From Polaromonas sp. (GTDB lineage: Bacteria > Pseudomonadota > Gammaproteobacteria > Burkholderiales > Burkholderiaceae_C), in contig JBKJZS010000409.1 of the NCBI GenBank assembly GCA_046714915.1, positions 1-36,921 of the forward strand: 36,921 nt of DNA, in the 5' to 3' direction. The position numbers were made by a program, and so were the translations under genes. A model generated the notes under the pieces. The model did no database searches. It was not told the DNA's origin and saw nothing but the letters and a program-made list of their open reading frames with translations. The stretch's first letter is position 1; the number at the start of each line of letters is the position of its first letter. This document shows, piece by piece, positions 1 through 8,252 of the stretch.

Positions 1-63
1 GTCCTGGGCGCGTTCGGCGCCCTCGTTGCGGCCCACTTCCCTGAAAAAGCGACTCTGTCGCAT
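1..63 (-). CDS. possible 5' end of a gene running off the left edge (MRQSRFFREVGRNEGAERAQD...)
   Basis: ATG at 63 on the minus strand, open to the window edge, divergent from psd; product not recognisable. Confidence 0.3.
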   Translation of the reverse strand, partial: MRQSRFFREVGRNEGAERAQD

Positions 64-167
64 AACGCCGTGCCCACACGGCGCGCCGTTCTTCGCTGCA
101 TGGATGCGGATGGCCAGCGTGGCGGGCTCGATAGAATGAGTTTTTTTTTAGACTTTAGTGAGCCTGC

Positions 168-1019
168 GTGTCCGAACAATTTGAAGTCTTTTTGCAATAC
201 GTCCTGCCCAAGCAGGCCCTGACAGAATTCGGCCGCCACATTGCATCGGCGCGCGGCGGCACCATCACCACACGCATCATCCGGTGGTTCATTGGCAAAT
301 ACGGTGTCAACATGGCCGAAGCGGCCAACCCCGACATTACCAGCTACCTCACCTTCAATGACTTCTTCACACGGGCGTTGCAACCCGGCGCGCGGCCCTT
401 GGCTACGGCCGACCTGATTTGCCCGGTCGACGGGGCGATCAGCCAGTTTGGTGCGATCAACGGCGACCAGATTTATCAGGCCAAGGGGCACCACTACTCG
501 ACGACGGCCCTGGTCGGGGGGGACCGCGGACTGGCAGCGCGTTTTGAAGGCGGCAGCTTTGCCACGATTTACCTTAGTCCCAAGGACTACCACCGCATCC
601 ACATGCCTTGCGACGGGCGCTTGGTGCGCATGATTTATGTGCCGGGCGCGCTGTTCTCGGTCAATCCCGCCACGGCCCGGGGCGTGCCCGGGCTGTTCGC
701 GCGCAACGAGCGTGTGGTCTGCGTTTTTGAATCGGCGCGCGGCCCCTTTGTGCTGGTGTTGGTGGGGGCCACCATCGTGGGCAGCATGGCCACCGTGTGG
801 CACGGCGTGGTCAATCCGCCCCTACCCAAGCAGACGCGCGAGTGGCTCTACGAGGAGCCGCCGTTGGAACTGGGGCAAGGCGCCGAGATGGGCCGTTTTT
901 TATTGGGTTCCACGGTGGTGATGCTGTTCCCCAAGGGCCCGTGCCAGTTCAACCCCGGCTGGGCGCCGGGCGTTACCGTCCGGCTGGGCGAAGCAATGGC
1001 CAACTGTTCCAGGCCCTGA
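168..1019 (+). CDS. psd: phosphatidylserine decarboxylase proenzyme
   Basis: FNDFFTR, YLSPKDYHRIHMP, NERVV and the LGST autocleavage motif (FLLGSTVV). Confidence 0.95.
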   Translation: MSEQFEVFLQYVLPKQALTEFGRHIASARGGTITTRIIRWFIGKYGVNMAEAANPDITSYLTFNDFFTRALQPGARPLATADLICPVDGAISQFGAINGDQIYQAKGHHYSTTALVGGDRGLAARFEGGSFATIYLSPKDYHRIHMPCDGRLVRMIYVPGALFSVNPATARGVPGLFARNERVVCVFESARGPFVLVLVGATIVGSMATVWHGVVNPPLPKQTREWLYEEPPLELGQGAEMGRFLLGSTVVMLFPKGPCQFNPGWAPGVTVRLGEAMANCSRP

Positions 1020-1032
1020 GCCGCCACCAGCC

Positions 1033-1158
1033 CAGTGGTGAGCCAAATTCGGCCGGATGAACCTGCCCGACGCCGGCAGCTTGCGGGAGCTGGAGGTCGA
1101 GAACGCCAAGCTCCCGCGGCCCTGGGCCGAAGCGCACCTGAATAGTCACCCCCTGGAG
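1033..1158 (+). mobile_element. degraded IS3-family OrfA remnant
   Basis: Frame reads QW*AKFGRMNLPDAGSLRELEVENAKLPRPWAEAHLN, matching the IS3 OrfA pattern W-R/K-AKFGGM...RLRELE-EN-KLK---AE; internal stop at 1039. Confidence 0.7.
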
Positions 1159-1664
1159 GCTATTCCAAGGGGCGGTCAAAGGATCCAGCAAGCCGCCGTA
1201 GATATCCTGCAGGGGAGGTGTTCGGCGTACCCGCATAATTCCTGGCTGTCGGCGCCGAGCCGTCAATACATAGCCCCAGGTCGCCGTACTCGCCTACCAA
1301 GAAGTCGCATTGGCGGTATCAGGCTTTGACCGCCGAGGATCTGCTCTTCAGCGAATCCGCCTTTATTCATATCCCTCGCTCTCCGGGTTGATGGACTTCG
1401 CTACCTTGCGTTGGCACGGCTGGTGGGGGCAAGGCATTCCGGCCGAAAGACTCCCTCTTCGAACCGCGGTGAGGTCCGTCTGCCGTTGAACTTGTCCTAC
1501 ATGGCTTTGATGATTTCAGCCCTGTGCGGCTGATCGCGCGCGCCTACACTGGACCCGGCACATCATCCGTGGTTTTTATCGAAGGGTTTTATGCCGCAGG
1601 GACAGATCATGCCGCCGGCATACGCTACGCAAGCGCTTCAAACGGGCGCACAGCGGGTGCGTCA

Positions 1665-2078
1665 ATGAGCAAGTCCCCCAAGTACGGTGGGAGCTCAGGC
1701 GGCAAGCGGCCATTGAAGGTGTTTGTCATTGAAGACAATGAGGTTCTGAGAAACCTCATTGTCGACGCCCTGAGGGACATCCCGTCGATTGAAGTCCTGT
1801 TTTATGCTGACAATGAAATTTCCGCGACCAACTGGTTGTCGTCGAATGACAGTGCCTGGGATCTCGCGGTGGTCGACTTGCATCTCAAGCAGGGCAGCGG
1901 CGTCGGTGCGCTCAACTGGTGCACCACGCGCCGGCCAAATCAGCGGGTGGTCGTGCTGAGCGGCGAGTTGAACGAGGAGATACGCCAGAAATGTCTGGCC
2001 CTGGGTGCCGACGCGGTTTTCGACAAGGCCACCGAAATGAGCGATTTCCTGGACTACAGCCGGATTCTCGCTTCCTGA
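1665..2078 (+). CDS. single-domain response regulator (receiver only)
   Basis: VFVIEDN...WDLAVVDLHL...VVVLS...GADAVFDK receiver motifs; ATG 1665 preferred over the longer ORF start at 1524. Confidence 0.85.
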   Translation: MSKSPKYGGSSGGKRPLKVFVIEDNEVLRNLIVDALRDIPSIEVLFYADNEISATNWLSSNDSAWDLAVVDLHLKQGSGVGALNWCTTRRPNQRVVVLSGELNEEIRQKCLALGADAVFDKATEMSDFLDYSRILAS

Positions 2079-2174
2079 TCCGCTTGCTGGCGCATGGCCT
2101 AAACTTGCAGCCGCATAGCCCGCTGGCGCGCCCCAAGACCGGCCGCGACCGTGAAACTTCTTTAGGAGAAACGC

Positions 2175-2603
2175 ATGAGTGCAGTATTTCGCGAGCAGTT
2201 GCTCGCCGCAGCGGAACAGGCCGCGTTTCCGGCCGAGAAAACGCTGGACCCCGATACCGGCGTGGAAACGCTTGACGCCGACTCAGAGGCAACCCTCTCG
2301 CAGCTCTTCGAAATGTTTGGTGTCACTGCACTGAGTCCCAACGACGAAGACTTCGACAAGGTGATCAACACCGCTTGTACCCTGGCCACCGAGGTGGCGG
2401 CGCATGTGCGAAGCCTGAGCGCCGTCGGCGGTTCGGCGGTTGCGCTGGCGGCGGCCGCCGACTGGCACCCGGACTATCGCGCCTATGTCTCCGCGCTGTG
2501 GCAGGGAGACCGCGCAGAAGCCGCCCGCTGCGCCGCCAAACTCAAGCTGCTCGGAGGCATACCCAATGGCTCGCTGCCCCTGGAGGGCGGCCCCTTGGGC
2601 TGA
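2175..2603 (+). CDS. hypothetical protein
   Basis: 142-aa ORF with strong RBS (TTAGGAG) and host-like codon usage; no family recognised. Confidence 0.7.
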   Translation: MSAVFREQLLAAAEQAAFPAEKTLDPDTGVETLDADSEATLSQLFEMFGVTALSPNDEDFDKVINTACTLATEVAAHVRSLSAVGGSAVALAAAADWHPDYRAYVSALWQGDRAEAARCAAKLKLLGGIPNGSLPLEGGPLG

Positions 2604-2633
2604 CCTGGTGGCCCGCATCGTTATCATGGCCCA

Positions 2634-3437
2634 ATGACTCCCCTGGTATTCCGGCTGGCTAGGCTGGCAGAATTAAACCGCAGGGCGCAGAACTGGCTGC
2701 TCGGCTGGTGGCGCCTGATTTACCTGGGTGCGCTGATTCTGGTGCTCACCTTGTCCCCGTCGAGCTACACCCGCCAAAGCCGCGTGGTGCTGACGCGTCA
2801 TATTTACCACAACACCGCGCCCATTCTGCTGGGCTTCACGCTGATGTGTGCGCTGATCACCGTGATCATCACGCGCATTGTCATCGTCACCGCGCTCAGT
2901 TATGGCTTGTCCCAGTACGCGCTGCAGGTGGTCATCCGTGTGCTGGTGCTGGAACTGATTCCGCTGACGGCTGCCCTGTTTGTGGCCCTGCGCTGCGCGA
3001 TTGCCAGTGGCGTGGAGCTGTCGCTGATGCGCCAGCAGGGTGCGCTGGCCGCGCTGCAACAGCGTGGCATTGACCCGGTGCGTCAGGAGGTACTGCCGCG
3101 AGTGGCGGCCGGTATCTTTTCAACCGTGACACTGGCCGCACTCAGCTGCGTGGTGGCGCTGGTGATGGCTTACCTGGCGGTCTACGGTTTTACCTTGTCC
3201 GGCGTGGCGGGTTACACACGTTTGTTCGGTCAGGTTTTCAATCCCGCCGTGACGCTGATCTTCGGGCTGAAAACCCTGTTCTTCAGCCTCGCGGTGTCGC
3301 TGATTCCGATGGCGTCGGCGCTGTACGACGAGACGGATCTGCGATTTCGCGCCAGTGCCGAACTGCGCATGCTGGTGCGCATGTTTGCCGTCATTCTTGT
3401 GATTGAGGTGGTTTCCCTGCTGGGCAATTATTATTGA
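2634..3437 (+). CDS. MlaE-family ABC permease
   Basis: Multi-TM protein with VLELIPLTAALFVALR...ELSLMR...GIDP...LPRV pattern; upstream of an MCE gene. Confidence 0.85.
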   Translation: MTPLVFRLARLAELNRRAQNWLLGWWRLIYLGALILVLTLSPSSYTRQSRVVLTRHIYHNTAPILLGFTLMCALITVIITRIVIVTALSYGLSQYALQVVIRVLVLELIPLTAALFVALRCAIASGVELSLMRQQGALAALQQRGIDPVRQEVLPRVAAGIFSTVTLAALSCVVALVMAYLAVYGFTLSGVAGYTRLFGQVFNPAVTLIFGLKTLFFSLAVSLIPMASALYDETDLRFRASAELRMLVRMFAVILVIEVVSLLGNYY

Positions 3438-3488
3438 GGGGGCGCGGTAACACACGGCATCATTCCGTTATTCGCAGGCTTCCAGGTG

Positions 3489-3540
3489 CATGCGGGCTTG
3501 ACCCGCAATCCATGGATGCCGGATCATGTCCGGCATGACA
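3489..3540 (+). repeat. family C REP-like paired-hairpin repeat (GCGGGCTTGACCCGCAATCCATG...CCGGATCANGTCCGGCATGACA)
   Basis: Two short hairpins; related copy at 30701-30792. Confidence 0.75.
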
Positions 3541-3571
3541 GCCATACCCCAATCAGGACACTTTACAACCC

Positions 3572-4579
3572 ATGAACGAACCCGTAGAACCTTTACCGGC
3601 GGCAGCGCCCGCATCGCTGCCGCCTCCGGACGCCCCGGTATCGATGCCGCCGGTCGCCAACCTGGAGTTCAAAGCGGTGTTGCTGTTGATCTTCATGGCA
3701 CTGTTGGTGGGTGGCTCGACGCTGTATTTGCTTTACGCCCGCGGCGCCTTTGAAAGCACGCAGAAACTGGTGCTCCAGTCTGAGGATTCCGAAGGGGTGG
3801 TGATCGGCATGGACCTCACGTTTGCGGGTTTTCCGATCGGCCGGGTGCGCCGCATCGAGCTGGCTGACGACGGCAAGGCCCGCATCATTGTTGACGTGCC
3901 GACCAAGGACGCGCACTGGCTGCGCACTTCCAGCGTGTTCACCCTGGTGCGCGGTCTGGTGGGCAGTACCAACATCCGCGCCTACACCGGCATTATGAAA
4001 GACCCGCCGCTGCCCGACGGCGCGGTACGCGAGGTGCTGCGCGGCGACACCGGGGCCGAGGTGCCGAAACTGATTGCGGCCGCCAAAGAGCTGATTGAAA
4101 ACCTCAATAGCCTCACCAGCAGCGAAGGCGCGCTCGGTGCCAGTCTCGGCAACCTGCAGAAGTTGACCGGCCGGCTGAACGGCCCCGGTGGCGCTCTCAG
4201 CGTTCTGCTGGGCAATGACGCCGAATCCAAAAAACTCATCGCCACCCTGGACCGCAGCAATGCGCTCCTGACCAAACTCGACGGCTTGGCGGCCAAGACC
4301 GACACCCAGGTGTTTGGCGACAAGGGCGTGATGCCGGAAACCCGCGCCACCATCGTGCAGCTCAATGCCCTGCTGGGCGAGGCGAGAGGCAGTTTGAAGA
4401 AAGTGGACGCGGTGCTGGTTGAAGCCCAGGCTGTGGGCGCCAATGCCAGAACCGCCACCGACGACCTGGGCGCGCTACGCGCGGAGGTCGAGTCCAGCCT
4501 GCGCAAGATCGATGGGCTTGTCAATGAGATCAATCGCAAGTGGCCGTTTGCCCGCGACACGGAAATCAAACTCCCATGA
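3572..4579 (+). CDS. MlaD/MCE-domain protein
   Basis: N-terminal TM, MCE motif SEGVVIGMDLTFAGFPIGRV, long helical C-terminus. Confidence 0.9.
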   Translation: MNEPVEPLPAAAPASLPPPDAPVSMPPVANLEFKAVLLLIFMALLVGGSTLYLLYARGAFESTQKLVLQSEDSEGVVIGMDLTFAGFPIGRVRRIELADDGKARIIVDVPTKDAHWLRTSSVFTLVRGLVGSTNIRAYTGIMKDPPLPDGAVREVLRGDTGAEVPKLIAAAKELIENLNSLTSSEGALGASLGNLQKLTGRLNGPGGALSVLLGNDAESKKLIATLDRSNALLTKLDGLAAKTDTQVFGDKGVMPETRATIVQLNALLGEARGSLKKVDAVLVEAQAVGANARTATDDLGALRAEVESSLRKIDGLVNEINRKWPFARDTEIKLP

Positions 4580-5256
4580 CGTCCAGACCTGCTATCTCAA
4601 AAGCCGCGCTCGCTGCTGTGCTGTTAGCCCTTGGCGCCTGTAGCGGCAACCCCAAGCCCGCTGATTGGCAAATGGAGGCCAAAAGTGCGATGGAGCGGGC
4701 CGTCGCCGCTTACCTGGAAGGCAACTCGCGGGTCGAGGTGCTGGAGTTTGGCCGGGCGCGCGCTGAGGTCTCCAGCACTGGCCGCGCCGACTTGATGGCC
4801 AGGGCCGAGCTGCTGCGGTGCGCCAGCCACGTCGCCAGCCTGGTGTTTGAGCCCTGCGCTGGTTTTGAGCGGCTGCGGCAGGACGCGCCGGCGGCAGAAC
4901 GCGCCTATGCCGATTACCTGGCCGGCCAGCTGCGGCAGCAGGACATCGCCTTGCTACCCGCGCCGCAACGCGCGGCCGCCGCAGGGCCTGGCAATGTGGC
5001 GGCCGTAAAAAGCATCAGCGATCCGTTGTCGCAACTGGTTGCGGCTGCCGTGATGTTCCAGTCTGGCCGCGCCAGCCCGGCCGTGCTGCAGCAGGCGGTG
5101 GACACCGCCTCGGCGCAAGGCTGGCGTCGCCCCTTGCTGGCCTGGCTCGGTGTGCAGGTGCAGCTAGCGGACAAGGGCGGCGATGCCGAAGAAGCCGCGC
5201 GACTGCGCCGCCGTATCACGCTGGTACAAAACCCTGCTGCGGGCACCCGACCTTGA
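4576..5256 (+). CDS. lipoprotein of the MCE operon
   Basis: ATGA overlap with the mlaD stop; signal peptide with lipobox LGAC. Confidence 0.75.
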   Translation: MTSRPAISKAALAAVLLALGACSGNPKPADWQMEAKSAMERAVAAYLEGNSRVEVLEFGRARAEVSSTGRADLMARAELLRCASHVASLVFEPCAGFERLRQDAPAAERAYADYLAGQLRQQDIALLPAPQRAAAAGPGNVAAVKSISDPLSQLVAAAVMFQSGRASPAVLQQAVDTASAQGWRRPLLAWLGVQVQLADKGGDAEEAARLRRRITLVQNPAAGTRP

Positions 5257-5390
5257 CCGGGTCTGAAACCGATTTACGGGCCTTGATGCGGCAGTTCCCG
5301 CGGGCCGGACGGGCGTTGAACTCTCGCCATAGCGCTGGTGTGACCGAGGCTGTGCTCGCGCTGTTGGGCCGGATGGTGAGCAACTTCCCA

Positions 5391-5981
5391 CTAGCTGTTG
5401 TGCTTGTTCGCAAGTACCGGCCTGAGCAACTGCGCCAACTCGGTGCCCTGCATCACCGTGATGTCGTGAGCTGCGGCAAACTGGCGCGCCTTGTCCGTGA
5501 TATCCCCCATCGCGATGCAGAGACTGCCGTCCGCCTCGCGCACGCGGCGGGCTGCTTCCAGGCTTTGAAAGGTTTCCACGCCCAGGCGCGCGGCTTTCCA
5601 GCGTTTGCAACTGAGCAGCGTCGTGCGCCCCGCCTTGATGACCGCAAAATCGGCAGCCGCACCATCCAGGCGCTGGATCTCATAGCCTTCGCTGCGAAAC
5701 GCCTGCTCGACGGTGCTGGAGAAATCGCGCCACGACATCGCACCGATCTGCGCCAGCGTGCCGGCCACGTGGGCAGTGCTGGGTGCGCTGAACTGCTTGT
5801 AGGCAGCGATCACGCCTATCACCGCGAAGGGAAGGCCACCCAGTGCGCCAAACACAAAGTACTGCGCCGGCATCAAGGCCTTGGCGGCCAGCCCGAACCC
5901 GAGGGCAATGGAAAAACTGATCCACCAGGGCGAGCGCAACAGGATGGCAAAGAGGGACTTTTCAGCCATTTTGAATTTCAA
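5391..5981 (-). CDS. membrane-anchored Mrr-like (restriction endonuclease fold) protein
   Basis: Two N-terminal TM segments, then MSWRDF...F--EGY...ADF...SCKRW...F/IT-KA--FA Mrr-type pattern. Confidence 0.75.
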   Translation of the reverse strand: MKFKMAEKSLFAILLRSPWWISFSIALGFGLAAKALMPAQYFVFGALGGLPFAVIGVIAAYKQFSAPSTAHVAGTLAQIGAMSWRDFSSTVEQAFRSEGYEIQRLDGAAADFAVIKAGRTTLLSCKRWKAARLGVETFQSLEAARRVREADGSLCIAMGDITDKARQFAAAHDITVMQGTELAQLLRPVLANKHNS

Positions 5982-6122
5982 GATCTTCCTTTCGAGACAC
6001 AGTCGTTGTTTGTATCACGCCGGAGGAGGAGGGCAGGCTGGATGCGGGGTAAGGGCAGCGACTTCCACGCCGATCCCATTGCCCGCACTCTCTGGACCGC
6101 AGGGGCCGATCAAAAATGGCAG

Positions 6123-6180
6123 GTTTCAAAAATGATAGCTGCTTGCTCCCTATTTCATTGGGTTAGAGGCAGTTATTGCT
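6123..6180 (+). repeat. family B repeat (GCTAT-N6-7-RTAGC palindrome plus GGG(C/T)TAGAGGC tail), partial
   Basis: AAAAATGATAGCTGCTTGC...GGGTTAGAGGC; related copies at 18294, 30563 and 30843. Confidence 0.6.
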
Positions 6181-6277
6181 GGCGGATTCAAGTACAAAGC
6201 GCAACAAAAGGCAGTCTAATCGACTGCATCTTCAAGCCCTAAAAGGCCTCGTGCGGCGTGCGGTAGCCCAAGCACCG
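6181..6277 (-). mobile_element. IS30-family 3' end remnant (transposase C-terminus plus terminal IR)
   Basis: Minus frame reads RCLGYRTPHEAF*GLKMQSIRLPFVALCT*, followed by ATCCGCC; the CLGYRTP motif and GTTGCGCTT...TTGAATCCGCC end are typical of IS30. Confidence 0.8.
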
Positions 6278-6360
6278 CCGGGGCTGAGCCACAGGCCCAA
6301 ACCCCAGCGGGCCAGTGCGCCCAGGCAGGCGCCGATGCAGATGGCTAGAACAGACGACAT
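6274..6360 (-). pseudogene. crcB: truncated fluoride channel CrcB/FluC (first TM helix only)
   Basis: MSSVLAICIGACLGALARWGLGLWLSPGG matches the CrcB N-terminal G-x-x-G-A-x-x-R motif, then runs into IS30 sequence; too short for the ORF track. Confidence 0.8.
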
Positions 6361-6373
6361 GGCGCGAGCCTGC

Positions 6374-7684
6374 CTACTTTTCCTTGCCCATCACCAGGTC
6401 TGGCAGGAAGGTGACGATCTGCGGGAACAGCGTGATCAGTGCGATGCAGATGACCATGCAGATAAAAAATGGAATGGCGGCGCGCGCGATCACGTTGCTG
6501 TCCTTGCCGGTCATGTTTTGCAGCACAAAGAGGTTGAAGCCCACCGGCGGCGTGATCTCGGCGATTTCGACCAGCAAAATGATGAAAATTCCGAACCAGA
6601 TCAAGTCGAACCCGGCCTTCTGGATCATGGGCAGTACCACGGCACTGGTCAGCACAATCATTGAAATGCCGTCTAGCGCCGTGCCCAGCACCAGGTAAAT
6701 CAGCACCAGCGCACCAATGAGTGCATAAGGCGACAGTTGCATGGCATCGACCCATTCGGCCAGCTCGCGTGGGATGCCGGTGAAAGCCATGGTCTTGGTC
6801 AGAAAAGCCGCGCCGGCCAGAATGAACATGATCATGCAGCTGGTGCGGGTGGCGCCCATCAGTCCTTCGGTGAAGTTGCTCCAGGTGAGGGAACGTCCCC
6901 AGGCGGCAATGCCCAGCGCGCCCAGCACGCCAAAGGCGGCGCATTCGGTCGCCGTCGCCCAACCGGCGACCAGCACCCAGACGATGAAGACGATGAGCAG
7001 CGCGCAGGGAATCAGATTGCCCGAGAGGCGGATTTTTTCCCTGAAGCTGGTCGGTGGATCGGCCGGCGGGACCTGGTCGGGGTGGCGCAAGCTCCACCAG
7101 CCGATATAGCCGGAGAACAGCAGCATCAGCAGGAAGCCGGGCAAAAACCCGGCGAGAAAGATACGGATGATGGAGGCATCGGCGGCCACGGCATAGACCA
7201 CCATGGTGATCGACGGCGGTATCAAAATGCCGAGTGTGCCGGCCGAGGCCAGCGAGCCGATGGCCAGATTTTCGTTGTAGCCCCGGCGTTTGAGCTCGGG
7301 CAGGGCGACTTTGGCAATGGTGGCGCAGGTGGCGGCCGACGAGCCCGAGACCGATCCGAACACGCCGCAGCCGATGATGGTGGTGTGCATCAGCCGGCCG
7401 GGGATGCGGTTCAGCCAGGGCCGCAGACCCTCGAACATTTCTTCGCTGAGCTTGGTGCGAAACAGGATTTCACCCATCCAGATAAACAGCGGCAGGGCGG
7501 CCAGCTCCCACGAGGCATTGGACTCCCAGAAGGCCGAGAACAGGTTTTTACCAGGCAGGGTGTTGGTGAAAAAGGCCTGGCCAATCCAGCCCACGATGGC
7601 CAGCGTCATGGCAATCCACACGCCGCCGGCGAGCAGCACCAGCATGATAATGAGCAGCATGCCGCCCATGAGCAGGATATCCAT
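6374..7684 (-). CDS. dctM: TRAP transporter large permease
   Basis: LAALPLFIWMGEIL, GSVSGSSAA, GTLGILIPPS, ITPPVGFNLF motifs. Confidence 0.95.
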   Translation of the reverse strand: MDILLMGGMLLIIMLVLLAGGVWIAMTLAIVGWIGQAFFTNTLPGKNLFSAFWESNASWELAALPLFIWMGEILFRTKLSEEMFEGLRPWLNRIPGRLMHTTIIGCGVFGSVSGSSAATCATIAKVALPELKRRGYNENLAIGSLASAGTLGILIPPSITMVVYAVAADASIIRIFLAGFLPGFLLMLLFSGYIGWWSLRHPDQVPPADPPTSFREKIRLSGNLIPCALLIVFIVWVLVAGWATATECAAFGVLGALGIAAWGRSLTWSNFTEGLMGATRTSCMIMFILAGAAFLTKTMAFTGIPRELAEWVDAMQLSPYALIGALVLIYLVLGTALDGISMIVLTSAVVLPMIQKAGFDLIWFGIFIILLVEIAEITPPVGFNLFVLQNMTGKDSNVIARAAIPFFICMVICIALITLFPQIVTFLPDLVMGKEK

Positions 7685-7704
7685 GATTTTTTTCGGGTAG
7701 CTTT

Positions 7705-7728
7705 TAGATATCGGACTAGATATCGGAC
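7705..7728. repeat. perfect 12-bp tandem duplication (TAGATATCGGAC x2)
   Basis: Read directly; spans the dctQ stop codon. Confidence 0.85.
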
Positions 7729-8249
7729 GAAAAGTCGCCCTTGGCGTGACGCTCTTCCACGGCGCGCTGGTAACTCGGTTTGCCCCCCTGCACCACGGTC
7801 ACCAGTTCATCGAGCATGGCGGCCAGCAGCAGCCAGCAGCCGATGACAAAGGTTGACTGCGGAATCCAGATCGGAATGATGACCAGGCCGGTCGCCATCT
7901 CCTTGAACTGGTAGCTCTCATAGGTGAACGCGGTGGCCGAATAGGTGAGGTAGCTGACCGAGACTGCCGCAATCACCAGGCAGGTGACATCGAGAATGCG
8001 TCGCAGACGCGGCGATACCGTGTCAAGCAGCAGCGTGACGCGCACGAAATCGCCATGGCGAAAAGCGTGCGCCATCGCAAAAAATGCCGCCGCGGCGCAC
8101 AGCCACGAGACGATGTCGTTAACGCCGCTGACGGCCAGGTTCAACTGGCGCCCAACGCCCGCGATGACCATCAGTACAAAGATCAGGAAGACGCAGAACG
8201 CGCCCAGGGCGCCTGCCGCGTCGAGGATTCGTTCCAGAACGCGGCGCAT
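7716..8249 (-). CDS. dctQ: TRAP transporter small permease
   Basis: 4-TM protein with HGDFVRVTLL motif, located between dctP and dctM. Confidence 0.93.
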   Translation of the reverse strand: MRRVLERILDAAGALGAFCVFLIFVLMVIAGVGRQLNLAVSGVNDIVSWLCAAAAFFAMAHAFRHGDFVRVTLLLDTVSPRLRRILDVTCLVIAAVSVSYLTYSATAFTYESYQFKEMATGLVIIPIWIPQSTFVIGCWLLLAAMLDELVTVVQGGKPSYQRAVEERHAKGDFSSDI

Positions 8250-8252
8250 GGC

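Noticed and set aside
1261-1290. QYIAPG as an IS3 OrfB remnant
   Set aside because: Six-residue resemblance only; flanking integrase-core motifs absent
1524-1664. N-terminal extensions given by the ORF track (response regulator; likewise doxX, tolA, tolR, nusB, second pirin)
   Set aside because: Downstream ATGs with RBS or ATGA coupling fit family lengths better
5253-6242. 329-aa plus-strand ORF
   Set aside because: Antisense shadow of the Mrr-like gene running through repeat and IS sequence; no motifs
6360-6374. Fluoride riboswitch ahead of the crcB fragment
   Set aside because: Only 13 bp separate it from the dctM stop; no riboswitch motif visible
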